Of a DNA stretch of 64,000 nucleotides, positions 1-14,639 are shown one piece after another. The notes under the pieces are model-generated. The model was not told the origin of the DNA and did no database searches. It worked only from the letters and a program-made list of their open reading frames with translations. Source of the DNA: the human T2T-CHM13v2.0 reference genome, Homo sapiens; assembly GCF_009914755.1 (NCBI RefSeq), contig NC_060925.1; one strand, 5' to 3'. Position numbers and translations under genes: made by a program. Within the stretch, counting starts at the first letter, position 1, and each line of letters opens with the position of its first letter.

Positions 1-499
1 GACATAGGATAAAAAATGGCAACAAGGGAGGTGACACGTAAATGATTAACATACACACTCCACAGCATACAAATCGGTGTCCAAAACTCCCTGTAGTAAA
101 TAGGAACAATTAAATAGTACCCAGCATAATCTGTTTAAGAAGGAAGAAAATAAATACATTTTTAAGTAAGTCCCATCCATGGTGGTTAAAAAGCCTCCAT
201 AACCCGGAAGCACTTTCCCCAAAGAGGTGGTTCTCTATCTTGTACATCTCTAACACTTTCTGTGAACTCTTGGAGTAAGGGGGTGGCTTCAGCAGGCAAT
301 CTTCTAGGAGGACAAGTTAGTCTGAAAAAGCTCCCCTGGTTATTGTTTAAAAAGATCATTTCTCCACCCCCTGCTTTAAGGATTACTGTCTTGAGATTTC
401 CAGAGAGACATGATTTTCCCACAGGAAGCAACTTAGAACATGCAGGTTTTCATTTTTGACCTTAGCGAAACTTTCCTCTGAAGGCATTCTAAGTACATC

Positions 500-690
500 T
501 TGAATACTTATGGATAAAATAATGTTGTCTGGGATTTGCTTAAAAAATCACGAGGGTTTGGGAACTGAGTAGGGCTGCAGATGAGGCACCACTATGAGTT
601 GACAGTTCTTGAAGGTGGGAGACAGGTATGTCAGGGGTCTCACCATTCTCTACAGCTTCGTATGTGCCTAAAATTTCCATAATAATAAGC
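500..690 (+). mobile_element. Old L1M 3' end
   Basis: tgtctgggatttgcttaaaaa...aaatttccataataataa. Confidence 0.55.
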
Positions 691-1264
691 TGGAGCTTGT
701 AAAACAAAAAAATTTACTAAATGATACTTTTTAAAGTAAACTGGTAAAACAGATAACAGTGCTCACTAAAAAGGGTCAGAATTTTCCCTCCAAACTAACT
801 CCTTTGTCCTTCCAAAACAGAACTTGGATTTCACTAGATAAAACCAAAAGCAATAGTTTTTCCCTTCCTTATTAAAAGGCAGTAGGAAAAATTCTTTCTG
901 TAAGTAAAATGACAAGTTCTTTAAAATGTAAAGAACCATCAATTGGGCATAAAATAAAGGACTCTTCCTGGTCCAGCTTGCATAATCAATTCCATCAGAA
1001 GAATACCTGACTCTGGTTTACTCTCAAATGAGCTTTGTCTAGTCACGCCAGGAATGCTTTGTTGTAAGACACCCCACCCTTCTTTGGGAGATGTGCATTC
1101 TGCAACTCTTCAATTCCACTTCTTTTTGCTGTCAGTATCTATATCCACAATGATGTATGTCCTGGAATGTCAGAGCTTATTACACCTAAAAATCAGAATG
1201 GGAAATTCCCCATAATCAGCACCGCCATTTGTGAAGCAGACACATTGATGGGGGCACTCTGCTG

Positions 1265-1440
1265 AGCACAATCTCAACACCCCTACGACAACAGGGCTTC
1301 TCTATCACCCCATTTTACACACTAAGGACTGAGGCTAAAGAGAGGAAATAACTTCCCCCCACGATCACTCAGTGACTAAAGACAATCAAGTTCAAACCCA
1401 GAGCTCCATCTGACCCCATGTTCTTACCCAATGAACCATG
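1265..1440 (-). mobile_element. MIR
   Basis: ccccattttacacactaaggactgaggct core. Confidence 0.7.
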
Positions 1441-4204
1441 CTGATATGACGCAGAAAGACGGTTATCAGCTATGACCTTATGATATAAAAGTAACAATGA
1501 CAATAGCAAGCACCCACATTCTACAAAAAACAACTATGACATACCATCAGCAGTTTATCTTTGCTCACCCACGGCGGACATTACTCAGACATGGTGGAGG
1601 GGGCCCTGAGGCTGGGACCCAATTTCAGCCCAAGGAAGCTCTATCCAGAAGGCATGGTGGCAGAATCAGGGTCCCATCCCAGCCATAGCACCCTGCCAGA
1701 GCCTCTTACCTAGATGGCCTATTCTACTGTACCACTGTGTTGTGGAATGAGAGAACCTGAGCATGTCGCATAGAACCTCTTCAAAAACCAATTTGAAAAA
1801 CACAATCACAAAAGCAAATGGAAAGGTTTTCCAGCCAGGGCAGATGACTCACTCATCAAATCAAAAGAAACTCACTGAGGATAAACATACCTTGAGCTTG
1901 CTTCGCTCTTTTCCGGAGAGGTGCGCCCTGCAGGGACAGAAGTAGCCAAGAAAGAAGGGCTCTCCTGGAGAGACAGTTGTTGCTTGTGACCTCCCTCAGC
2001 AAAGCTTTCCACACCTTCCTTTCCCCCGTTTCCTTCCTCCCATGCCTGAGTGAGTTCCCTCAACTTCTCTCCCATGTCCAGGGTGTCACTTCCTATCCAA
2101 ACAGTGAGCAGCAGCTAAGCCACTCTGCCAGCTCTCTCCATCTGGGTCTGAGCATCCAGCACTGAGCTTCCCTGGGAATGTCGCCTCATTCACCAGTTTC
2201 TCCAGCCCCACCAGCAAGCCTCACCCAGAAGCAGTCATTTCCATGCCTAAGCCACTTACACACTGCATAACCATGGGTCCGAAGCTGGCTCGCTCCCTGC
2301 ATTTCTAACATGGGGATGAAAACAGTCCCCACCACCTAGAGTTGTTGGGAGGGTTATGAGTTAATAATCTATAAATTCCTGGCACATGGTAAGCATTGGT
2401 TATGTGTTTGCTATCACCGCCATTATTATCCTTGCTACTTCACGGAATACTGCAGGAAACCCAAGGAAACACAATGACTGCTAAATACCACAGCTGTAAA
2501 AATGTTTTCCCAACAAGCCAATTGTTACAGAGCAGAGAATTTTTAAAGTTAAGGCTGTTCATCACTAAGAGAAAAAATATGAAACCAAAACATGCAACTA
2601 CAGGTCCCACTGACTGGAAACCGCAACAGGGTGCCCAGTGGGTTTCAGATATGTGACCACTCCAGTGAATCAGTACAACCAAGTGGATTCTAGTGTATAA
2701 CGCAATCACTTCTCCAGAGCCAAGAAGCTGAATCAGAGGGGAGAAAGAATGAAAACAGGTATGAACTAGTATCAGCTGTTAAAGAGTTGTATAATCCCAA
2801 CTGATGTAACCAAATGTTAATTACTAACAGGGAAAAACAAAGCTTCTAAACAGACATGGTCGTGCTGCTCATTAAAGGTATACTGCGGCCACACATGCAC
2901 GTACATGCACCACAAACCCATTACAATTGTTCTTTCTTCTCTCTGTCCCCTGCCTTGTAAAGACACACAACACACACATACCCCACACTACTTAAGTGGA
3001 CACTTGGAACAACTTATGTTGTACTAAGTAGCTCTCAGTGATATTACAAAGAAAAAGAACCTGTCTAATGCTAACACAGTAACTTTACTGTTGTAAAAAT
3101 AATTTGTTAGCATACTATCATTCCTGTTACCATCGGTGACCTCAAAACAAGATTTGTTCAGCTGCTTGCATCCGTGCTGAGCAAGCCTGGGCCTCTAGAG
3201 ACGAGATACTGCATGTGGGGATGGCTCTTCCCCTGTCTGCAACCCTGTAGGGTGTAAGCACACTAAGGAACAAGAGGGCAAAAGTCAGGTGCTTCAGTTT
3301 TCAAGTGGGACTCTTAGCTCTTAAAAACTGCAAGACTTAACTATGTACAATTTCTAACAAATTTGTATCTAATAAATACAGCAAATACTGTACAGAGTAA
3401 ACCTAATTCAAGAGACTCCTTTTGCTCTTCTGATTTATGTTTCAGAATGCTAAGGATTTCAAACCTCCCTAGGAATAAACACCATTTACTAAAATTGTTG
3501 TACATAAGCAAAGAAATCCACAGAAAAATACATGCGTACTTCTTCTTCAATTAGATTATAAAAGGGCAGAAACCAACAAAGTTTTATATATTATTTGCAC
3601 CCCAAATCCCTTTGCACTATAATTAGCACTGACTCTGAACTCAGTAGTGTCACTCTAGGGAAACTTTCATTGGAAATAAAAGCAATGAATCTTAAAAATT
3701 CTGTATAAGGATGCTGCATTCAACGTCATTTGTAGTAGAGGGTGGCAATTTGTAACAACCTGAGTATCCATAATACATAGTTCAAGTACATTTTGGCATA
3801 TCTACATTATTTAGGCTATTCTGCAGTTATTAAAAATGAGTTCAATCTATATTAGCTCTGAACAATGCTCATGATGTGTTACTAAGTAGGAAAAGTTGCA
3901 GAGTAATATATAAGGCAAAACCAAAGCAAATAAACCAGTTACCTTGTGTATGTTTAGGTTTATATGAGCTTGGAGAAAACCAGGGAGTATTTCCATACTC
4001 AGAGATATAAGAGGAGGAACAGAGAAGAAACATCTACTTTCTCTTACACAATCTTTGGATTATCACCATTGTATTTGGAAAAAAAACAAAAAACAAAAAA
4101 ACCTTAATCACCTAACATATGTCCCTCCTAAATACTATATGTAAGAAAATTTGGAAGAAGGGTTCCTTCAGTAGAACACTCATGATTCATTGATCGTTTC
4201 AGCT

Positions 4205-4390
4205 ATAATAGCCTTTAAATGATTACTATGTGCCAGGAAGTGTGCTAAAGACTTTTACGTGTATTTTCTCATTTATCTTCACACGTCCAATTTACAGATA
4301 AGGAAACTGAGGCTACATAACCTGGCCAAAGTTCCAGAGCTAGCAGGTGGCAAAGGCTGGCTCCAAAGCTCAATCTTTCACCATTAGGTT
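4205..4390 (-). mobile_element. MIR
   Basis: tttacagataaggaaactgaggct core. Confidence 0.75.
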
Positions 4391-4599
4391 ATACCATAAG
4401 ATGTACATTTACATAATAAAATAAGTAACAATAGTCAATTATTTATTAATAAATACTATTTAGAGCACTCTCCCATTATCACATGGCTTTCAGCACCATA
4501 TACAATCATACATTGACTAAATACAAAATGTACAAAATAGTACATTTTGCTTAAAAAAAAAAAAGGATCAAGCATTCCTTTTTAAAATCAGAATTTTTT

Positions 4600-5256
<657 letters not shown>

Positions 5257-5299
5257 TAGGGTTAGAAAGCTCAGTCGTTTTCTATTTTACCTAAATATT

Positions 5300-5780
5300 T
5301 TAATAACCTTTAATATTTTCTGATTATAATTCATTATAAGAATATTGGAAATGACAGAAAACTAAAAGAAAAAAATCACCCACGTCACCACCCACAGAGG
5401 ACCAATATTAAAATGTTTGCATATTTTATTTCATCATTTTAATTAAGTATGTTTAATTTATTGTGTAACTGAGATTGTACCATCTTATTTGATATCTTTC
5501 ATTATTTATGATTACTATGTATTATTTTCTCATGCTATTAAAATTTTTTCAAAAACAATTTTAAACTGTTGCATAATATTCCAGTGTATGGATCACCATT
5601 TATTTAACCATTTGCTATTGTTGACAACTTAGGTTGGTTCTAATTTTTTGCTATTTTTCAAAAAGAGTTCCCTATACTTCTGATTCTTTCATTGGAATAG
5701 ATTCTTCAAGACTGTTATTGAGTCAAAAACTACATATTTTTAGAAGTCTCTTATTGCATACTCCTAAATTGCTTCCCAAA
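5300..5780 (-). mobile_element. L1ME-type relic
   Basis: AT-rich; ttgcataatattccagtgtatgg...aggttggttctaattttttgct. Confidence 0.6.
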
Positions 5781-6764
5781 TAACTGTTAAATGCAGAGGC
5801 TATCACAAATGACTATGATTTCCATTTCTTCACTTATAAGATGACTGAAACAATATGTTTTCTTAACCACTTCCATAAAAAGAAAAGACCCACGCTTGGA
5901 GTCAAAAGAACCAAGTTCTTGCTATAGCTTTTTTCTCTTACTGGGTTACCTTAAGCATGATTCCTCAAGATGGCAGAAAAGCTTTAGTAAAGGAGAATAT
6001 TGATCCCAAAAGGGATACCTCAAAGTCTCAATGTCTTCATGTGACAGGAAGTCTAAGAAGCAGAAAGCCTCCCAAAATCCAGTCTGTAACAAATAGGTGA
6101 ACTGTGAATCTTAGGCATGGCCCTGGGTATGATCAACCATCAAAAATATCAACAATCCTATCTCTCAATAGCTACAGTGCCATGTCACAGCACCTCAACC
6201 TCGGAAGCAGATCTAAGGATAGCTTTTGAAAAATGTAATACTGTTGCCCCCCACCAAGTGTTAACTACAGAAACATTACTTGGCCCAAACATCAAATGAC
6301 TGTACTCCCTTATATTTATATATCATTTTCTCAAAAACCATTATTCCCACAGCACATAATATTGATCTCAATATTCCCCAAAGAACAAGAAAAGGCACCC
6401 TCTCTGCCTACCAAGTCGTATGAAGTGATAGGTAAGGATATGAATAGAGCAGCAGATATGCTGGGCGGCTGGGAAGAGAAGAGCCCACACAGAGGCAAGG
6501 GCGAGAAAGAAACAAGAAGCAGATGAAAATTTGCAACCATCCACACACTGTTCTAGGGCTCAGGATAATCTACAAAACGTGTCAAGTAAAAAAGGAGAAA
6601 AGGAGATGACAAGGGTACATAATGGCTCAAAGAGAAAATAAGAACTTCAAGTAAGATTTTTTTGTGTAAAGATTATATCCAATCTCACTTTATTTCACAT
6701 AAATGCAACATTTGAAACAGAAGCAACTGCAGGGTCAAACAAATGCAGCACAAGAATAAAAACT

Positions 6765-7095
<331 letters not shown>

Positions 7096-7244
7096 TTATC
7101 TATTACATATGATTTTTGAAAACTGTCTCATTTACACAGACACTGGAGCCTTATGAAGTCATTAGTTTTCTCAAGAGTACTGCTGCTCTGAAGTAAGATT
7201 GGTAAACAAGGATTCCAATACAGACATTAAAATAGGCAAGAATG

Positions 7245-7587
<343 letters not shown>

Positions 7588-7747
7588 TCAAGACACTCAA
7601 GACAAAATGAACTGATTTGGACACACAAAAAAAGTAATGGTGCTTAGTCATTTATTAGCTAAATTAGAACCTGTAGGTGATGCTAAACACTATCAAATAA
7701 AAATTATTCAAGGTGACCATCCCTTGATAGCTCATTCCAGTAACAAC

Positions 7748-9027
7748 TTTTTTTTTTTTTAGTGATAAAATATACTTTTATTTACTTTGTTGAGTCAGAG
7801 GGTTGTAAAAAAAATTATTGCTAAAGTAGATATCAGGCAAACAGAAAGGTGCTTTAGAAGTCCAGTTACCTTGGAGTTTATTTAAACTAAGAGAAAAAAG
7901 TCATAATGTTTTCATGCAATACATACTTGGTTCTTTAAATAACAATTGTGTGACAAATAGCAGAAGGAATTAAGGAATGCTGCACTTGTGATCCATACAA
8001 AACACCAACATTTTAGGTTGCACATAATTAAAGAAATATCTGAAACACTTTTTAAAACACTGTAGTAGCCAATACATAGAGGCATGCCGTAGATGGGCAC
8101 CCGAATGCAGTTTAGAAAAGAAAAAAAAAAATCACATAGAAACTACTCAATTTCTTTAAAATCACTGAGCAAGAAAAGCAACGTTGAACTTTCATACTGA
8201 TTTTACACAACTTCTATATAGTACCTTGACTTAAATCCAAGAGCAAAAGTTAAGACTCTCCTCCTCTATTTTTGGTAAACAACTGCATGGTAAACTTAGA
8301 TGACTCTTCCCCCTGGATTTTACCTGGGAGTGGCCTTTTTACATTTTTATTTAAAAGAGGACAGGTTTGGCACTTTTATACTGATGTCACCAATGTTAAT
8401 ATTTCTTGGGATCTCAGGAAGATTCATATTCTTTACAGCTGATACAGCACAGGCTGGAGCTCCCACTAAGCCACCCTCAGATTTTTCCAGCTTACTTTGT
8501 GCATCAATTTGTGTAACAATCTCATTCATGTTTGTCTCCAATACCATTCCCCCCATCACTATTTCTGCAAGAATACTGTGAACCTTGTCTACATGGAAAA
8601 TCAAATCCAGTTCACAGACATTTTCAAAACATTTGTCTAATGTTTCCACAAATACTTGAATGAGATCTAAAATACCAAGTTCACTTTCTGAAGAATCTAC
8701 ACAGAAGACAAAATATAACGTTGTGTAATGTCTATAAATCAGTTTGTTGTCAGATCCTCCAATTAATAATCCCCCTTCTAGGAAATTACAAACATTTTCA
8801 TCTCTCTTAGATACCAAATGGAAAGTCTCCCTGATGATTTGCTGTTGTGTATCTTCACTGTAGGGCTGGTAGAACTTGGAGAGCCGCGGCTTCCCGTGGT
8901 TGTTGAAGATTAGGATCGCCTTGATCATGGCTGTGCCAGGCCGACCGGGTGGGCACTGGTGGCCAGGGCGGGAGCGGGCGCACAAGCCTCGCCTAGTAAT
9001 CTTGCCTGCGACCCTTCCCCACCCGCC
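7748..9027 (-). pseudogene. AP3S1: Processed retrocopy of AP3S1 (AP-3 complex sigma-3A) with 5'UTR, intact ORF, 3'UTR and poly(A)
   Basis: Intronless and translates MIKAILIFNNHGKPRLSKFYQPY...KVPNLSSFK. AATAAA on the minus strand at 7777-7782, T13 tract at 7748-7760. TSD TCCAG(T)TAACAACTTT at 7736-7750 and 9028-9043 (1-nt indel). Confidence 0.96.
8347..8928 (-). CDS. Uninterrupted 193-aa sigma-3A-like ORF of the AP3S1 retrocopy (expression unknown)
   Basis: ATG at 8928-8926 in the context cacagccATGa, TAA at 8349-8347, no frameshift or stop. About 8 substitutions versus my recollection of human AP3S1. Confidence 0.55.
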   Translation of the reverse strand: MIKAILIFNNHGKPRLSKFYQPYSEDTQQQIIRETFHLVSKRDENVCNFLEGGLLIGGSDNKLIYRHYTTLYFVFCVDSSESELGILDLIQVFVETLDKCFENVCELDLIFHVDKVHSILAEIVMGGMVLETNMNEIVTQIDAQSKLEKSEGGLVGAPACAVSAVKNMNLPEIPRNINIGDISIKVPNLSSFK

Positions 9028-9659
9028 TCCAGTTAACAACTTTCACTGTCTTGAAGTTTCTTCTTTGTAAAATATACTTACTCTACTGCTATTTTTATAC
9101 TCTGTTATGCTATTTACAGACTCTACTGCTAATTTAATCTATTTCCTCTTGAAGTCTTTCATTTTAAAAGGGCAACTGGGTGCCATCTTCTCTACACTGC
9201 ACCTTTATATATTTAACTCTCATTATGACACTCACTCCCTCATATACTCCGATATAAATAATCCTACCTTTCTTACTTTTTCTTTTTAGGTATTATTTCT
9301 TCACCTTTTAATTATCTCAGTGGTTCTCCCTTAACTCTAAATTCTCCTTGTCTTCTTAAGTTATAGCACTAAAATGAAACAAATTACCTTTACCACCTAA
9401 CTCATAGAGATGGGCTTATTTAACAGAAAACACAGAGCAGGCCAGTTGGATTTTCCCATAAAATCTGCATTTGAAAGAAAAGAGTTCTCACTAGAGAAAG
9501 ACCCTTTCATCTCCAAAAGATAAGCATGCTATCATTTGTATCCAATAATAAAGAATAGGACAAAAGGAAAAAGAAATCGTAGAATGGGTCTAGAAAATAT
9601 AGGTGTATTTAGTTCCTTGCCTGGCATGGTTATTTTAATCCAGTCAATCATTAGGAATT

Positions 9660-9972
9660 TGGTGTTGGATGTGGTGGCTCATGCCTGTAATCCCAGCACT
9701 TCAGGAAGCCAAGGCATGAGGATCTCTTGAGCCCAGGAGTTCAAGACCAGCCTGATCAACACAGTATCACCTAGTCTCTATAAAAAATTAAAAAATTAGC
9801 CAGGCATGGCAGCACACACCTGTGGTCCTAGCTCCTCAGGAAGCTGGGGCAAGAGAATAGCTTGTATCTGGGAGATCAAGGCTGCAATGAGCCATGATCC
9901 TATGATTGCATTACTGCACTAAGCCTAGGTGACAGAGTGAGACCCTATCTCTTTAAAAAATAATAAATAAAC
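9660..9972 (+). mobile_element. AluJ
   Basis: Diverged dimer with A-rich tail. Confidence 0.9.
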
Positions 9973-11248
9973 ATGAATTTGGAATTAGAAGTTAGGAGAT
10001 GGCTGAGTTAAAGTGGTAAAATGCAGGTGTTCCCATTTTTTCCCCAACTGAAAAATCGCTTCAAATCATTGAGAAAACAAGATACAGATGCAAAGAGTTC
10101 CATGTTTGATGAAACAAGGGGGTTTCAGAAACCCCCCCAACACAACATATAAATACAGAAGGTAAAAACCTGGCAGAGAAAGCTAAACTTGCTGTCTGTA
10201 CACTTAACTTTAGAGACACAAGGTACCAGGTGTTTTGTTTTGCGAGGGAAATGGGTAGGTTATGGGTAGGGAAGGACTTGAAAATAGGAGACTTGTTTGA
10301 ATGTCTTTATTCCTCTCCATGCAGATGGGAACAGAAGGTCATTAAAGGTCTCCAAGAGGGATGTCTTCAGGGGAAGCAAAAGTGCGAGGTGCTGAGATTA
10401 TCTGAAAAGGTTGGACAATGTGGAAAGTTATACAAGAGGCGTTTGTTTCACAAAGCAGTTGGAGGTGTGTGGGAAGACTTAGATGTTCAAGGAAAACCAA
10501 GAGAATGAAAAGGTTAGGCATTTTCTCAAGGAAAAACAAAAATGTGTTCAACAAAGAAAATGCCATCTCAACACCACACTTGTCTTAGCAGTAAACAATA
10601 ATCACTTATTCATATCGAATAGAAAGCATTGAGCTGAGTCTAACCAGATTATTAGTGCTGCTAATTATCCTGGAAGGACAGTGGAGGAGAAGATGGAGCA
10701 TAAATGAGATTAAATCATTTATCACCCACCACCACCACCATCCTAGCTAACATTATTGAGCACTTACTGTGTTTCGTATTTTTATTCTGAGCACTTATAA
10801 GTGAGCCTCGTATCTCTCCCAGGAAGCTGCCACAAGACAAAAAGCACCGTGAAGCATTCTAGACTCAAAACAGAGGAATGCTTCTAGCGGAAGGAAGGAT
10901 CCCCTTGACTGCATTGAAGGAAGCTTTGGAATTCTTTCAGAAAGGGGAACAAGAGGAGCATTTCATTCAATTTTGGGAAATCTGTGATAACCACCGGGAT
11001 CAAGTCCTCATTAGACAAGTGGTATGAAATTCTCCTTCCTGTAATTGCTGAGAACAGATGAATATGGAAGAGCTAATGGACTCTGAGCTGGCAGAAGTGG
11101 ACCTACAGGTAAATTCAAAGTACAACTGACCTAGACTTCCAACTCCTCACCTCCAACCACTGAGTAATACAGAGGCGAATGTAACCACAGACATGGAGAG
11201 TTTCTGTACTGCGCCTAAATGCATGAAGAGGAACCACCACAGGGCTGA

Positions 11249-11566
<318 letters not shown>

Positions 11567-12867
11567 TAGTCTTTTATATTTCATTGGTGAGTCCTTGTTC
11601 ACAGATATCCACAGGTGCTGGCACTTAAAATGATCAGAATTACTCTGCAGGCAGGGGTAGAGGGAGGGGTGTTAATAAGTTATCATCAATAAATGTTCAT
11701 GTCCCAAAACCATACCCTAATTTAACCAAAAATCATAGTTACCATCTATGGAGCACTTCCTCCATACTAAACTGTACATATGTTATCTCTCATACTCATG
11801 TCATCAACTCTGTAGAGGCATTATCCTCAGTCTACAGAACAGTAAATCAAACTTTACAGAGTCTAAGTAACTTACCTGAGATACACTAGCTAGTGATGGA
11901 GCTCATACTGTCTCCATTAGGCTACATGGTCTCCCATCTTCCAGAATGTCTTAAAGTATGAGCCTTTATTGTGATTTTTCCTTAGATTCTAGTGGGATAC
12001 AGCAAAGTAAGTCTCTCCCAATGGAAATATAACTTACAGCTCACCGCCTGCTGACAGTGTTGTATAAAACTACTTACCACATTAGAGAAATAGATTCTTC
12101 GGAGTACTTAGGGTTGGGACAATAGGAACAAAGTTGCTAGACTACCCAGGGCCCAGAACAAAACGGAAAAAAACTGAGATGAGAGGCAATGGGAGGCTAG
12201 AAATCAGGGTCTTGACCCAATGTATGTGTTTGCTGGAGGCACACACCCAGGGGCATTTGCTAAGCATTGTTCCCCTTCTGTTTGAAAAACAAAAACAACC
12301 TCCCTGAACCCTCTCCCATTCCCCCTAGTAGTGAACATAGGCCAAACTCAATACTGCAGTGAAAAAAATAAATCAAAACATGCCAAAGTTCTCAGATGTT
12401 TACATGGCATATCCCATGCTTTAACTCTGGTACATCTCCGTAAATCTGGAAAAGTTGACCCCCTGTCACCCAGATGCATCAACCTTCAGCTATTCACATT
12501 AATTTATGCGCTTTGATCAGATCCCCAAAGCATCTATTTTTTTTTTCATTCTACCACAAAATAATAAATACTGGAAAAAAATCTGTATGCTTTTATATTT
12601 TCACAGGTAAGTGCAGAAATGAACTGCATTGCATCCACTTCTTTTAACCCAATTCCTATACTAAAATAAATTCAAGTAAAATATGCCTATTTTTCAAAGC
12701 ACAATCCTAAAGTCACTAATTCATGGGTAGTTCACATATGACTAGAGAAAGAAAAGGAGAAGGAAAGACAGGAATTAAAGTGAAGGAAGGAGGAGGAGGC
12801 AGGGAACACCTTATGAGAGATCAGCCAGACTAGAATTAAAGAAGGTGCATCAAAGACTATTACATCC

Positions 12868-13169
12868 AGCTGGGTGCGGTGGCTCATGCCTGTAATCCCA
12901 GCATGTTGGGAGGCTGAGGTGGGCAGATCAGCTGAGGTCAGGAGTTCGAGACCAGCCTGGCCAACACGGTGAAACCCCGTCTCTGCTAAAAATACAAAAG
13001 TTAGCCAGGCATAGTGGCATGTGCCTGTAATCCCAGTTGCTCAGGAGGCTGAGGCAGGAGAATCACTTGAACCCTTGAACCCAGGAAGGAGAGGTTGCAA
13101 CAAGCAGAGATCACGCCACTGCACTCCAGCCTGGGAGACAGAGCAAGACTCCGTCTCAAAAAAAAAAAA
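12868..13169 (+). mobile_element. AluS with an internal 8-bp duplication (cttgaacc)x2
   Basis: Full dimer; TSD GACT(A/G)TTACATCCA. Confidence 0.94.
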
Positions 13170-14639
13170 CGACTGTTACATCCAATTAGAAGAGCAACAG
13201 GGCAAAAAAGCTCCATCAATATATACTTTGCAATTAGTCTGTGAAGAAGGTTTGAAAGCACTTTGTTGAGAGCTAACATGTTAAGCAGTGACCTAAAAGA
13301 TGAAAGATAAGCTGGCTGGGTTGTAAGGCCCCTTCTCTAACACACCTGGGAAGAAGAGGTAGATGCTGTCCATATGATCTTGGGCCAATGGCAACATAAA
13401 TAGCTGCATTTGAGAGAGAAGGAGGACCAAGCATTACAGGATCGCTTTCCTGGAGATGCTATGACATTCCTCCAACATTGCAGTCATGTTAGCAAGAGCA
13501 GACAGATGCAGTGCAGAGTTGGGACCTAAAGTCCACATCTAAAACACTGTAGCCATTCAGCCCAAAGACCTTACCCTATAACAACAGTGAATGGCACAAG
13601 GGAGAAAGCAAGGGTCCTATACACCATACAACACAGAAGCCAACCTTTTAAACATTAAGAGCGTCTCCACCCAAACTTGAATGAAATTTTGTACTGAGCA
13701 CAGATAATCTTCTACTTGTACTTATGGGCCAAGAAAAGTAAGTTAAATTTGTTAAATTAAGATTATGTTTCACAGTAATTTGAGCCACATTTTTAATAGA
13801 AATTGATTATTACAAATATTTATCACGTACCTTGTAGGGGCCAGGCACTACACTAGACAATAGGGATAAAACTGTTTAAGACAGACACAGCTGTGCTGCT
13901 CTCACAAAGCCCACCTACCATAAAACACTTTAATCATCCCCAAAACAACTCTCTGTACAGGCACACAAAAGAATCAAAATCACTAAAGCATCTAAGCAGG
14001 GCAATATCAGAGCTGAGCACATAAAACCCATGTAAAAGGAATGAAATAGCATGCTGTCATAAGTCTTATCTTTTTCTTAACAATATCTGCCCTTTGTAAA
14101 ATGCCAAATACCAGAACATTCAGGAGCATCATTAACTTTCACCCATTTTCACTGAGCAACTGAAAGGCGCCAGACACTGTGGATCTAAAGATGAGTACAA
14201 CCTGGCTTTTGTCTTCAGAAAGCTCATAATCTAGTGGGGATGAATTCTTCAGGATCACAGAGGGCAAATGGCCTTCTCTGGAAAGAGGTTTTTGACAGCT
14301 GTGCTTAAGAAGATTTTTGCAAAAGTGACACTGTAATATTATTGCCTTTTCCTCAATACAAATTTTCCCATCACAAGCACAGACATCAGAAAAGGCTCTT
14401 GACCTCTCTGCTATGTTGCAATACATTTCATCAAAATGAACTTGTCACCGCTTCTCGAAATATGAAATTCTCTCTATCCTTCCACCCAGCATTCAAAGAC
14501 ATCAGAATTTCCGCTAGTTCATGGTGTAGCTAAGGCTGCATCGAAAGACAACATAAGGTGGTTTGAGAAAGGTCCTTTAAGATCTGGGCCTTGCCTACCT
14601 AAATAATGAGGAAAAGGAAGATAGTGACAATAATGATGG

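Noticed and set aside
8929-9039. 37-aa N-terminal extension of the AP3S1 ORF (230-aa call in the ORF track)
   Set aside because: It starts at a TTG inside the TSD and is just the stop-free, GC-rich parental 5'UTR. The real start is ATG 8928.
9990-10600. Possible ancient L1 5'UTR relic
   Set aside because: The resemblance is too weak to call without an HMM search.
11868-11890. Possible recursive splice site CAG|GTAAGT on the minus strand
   Set aside because: It lies within a MIR and lacks a polypyrimidine tract.
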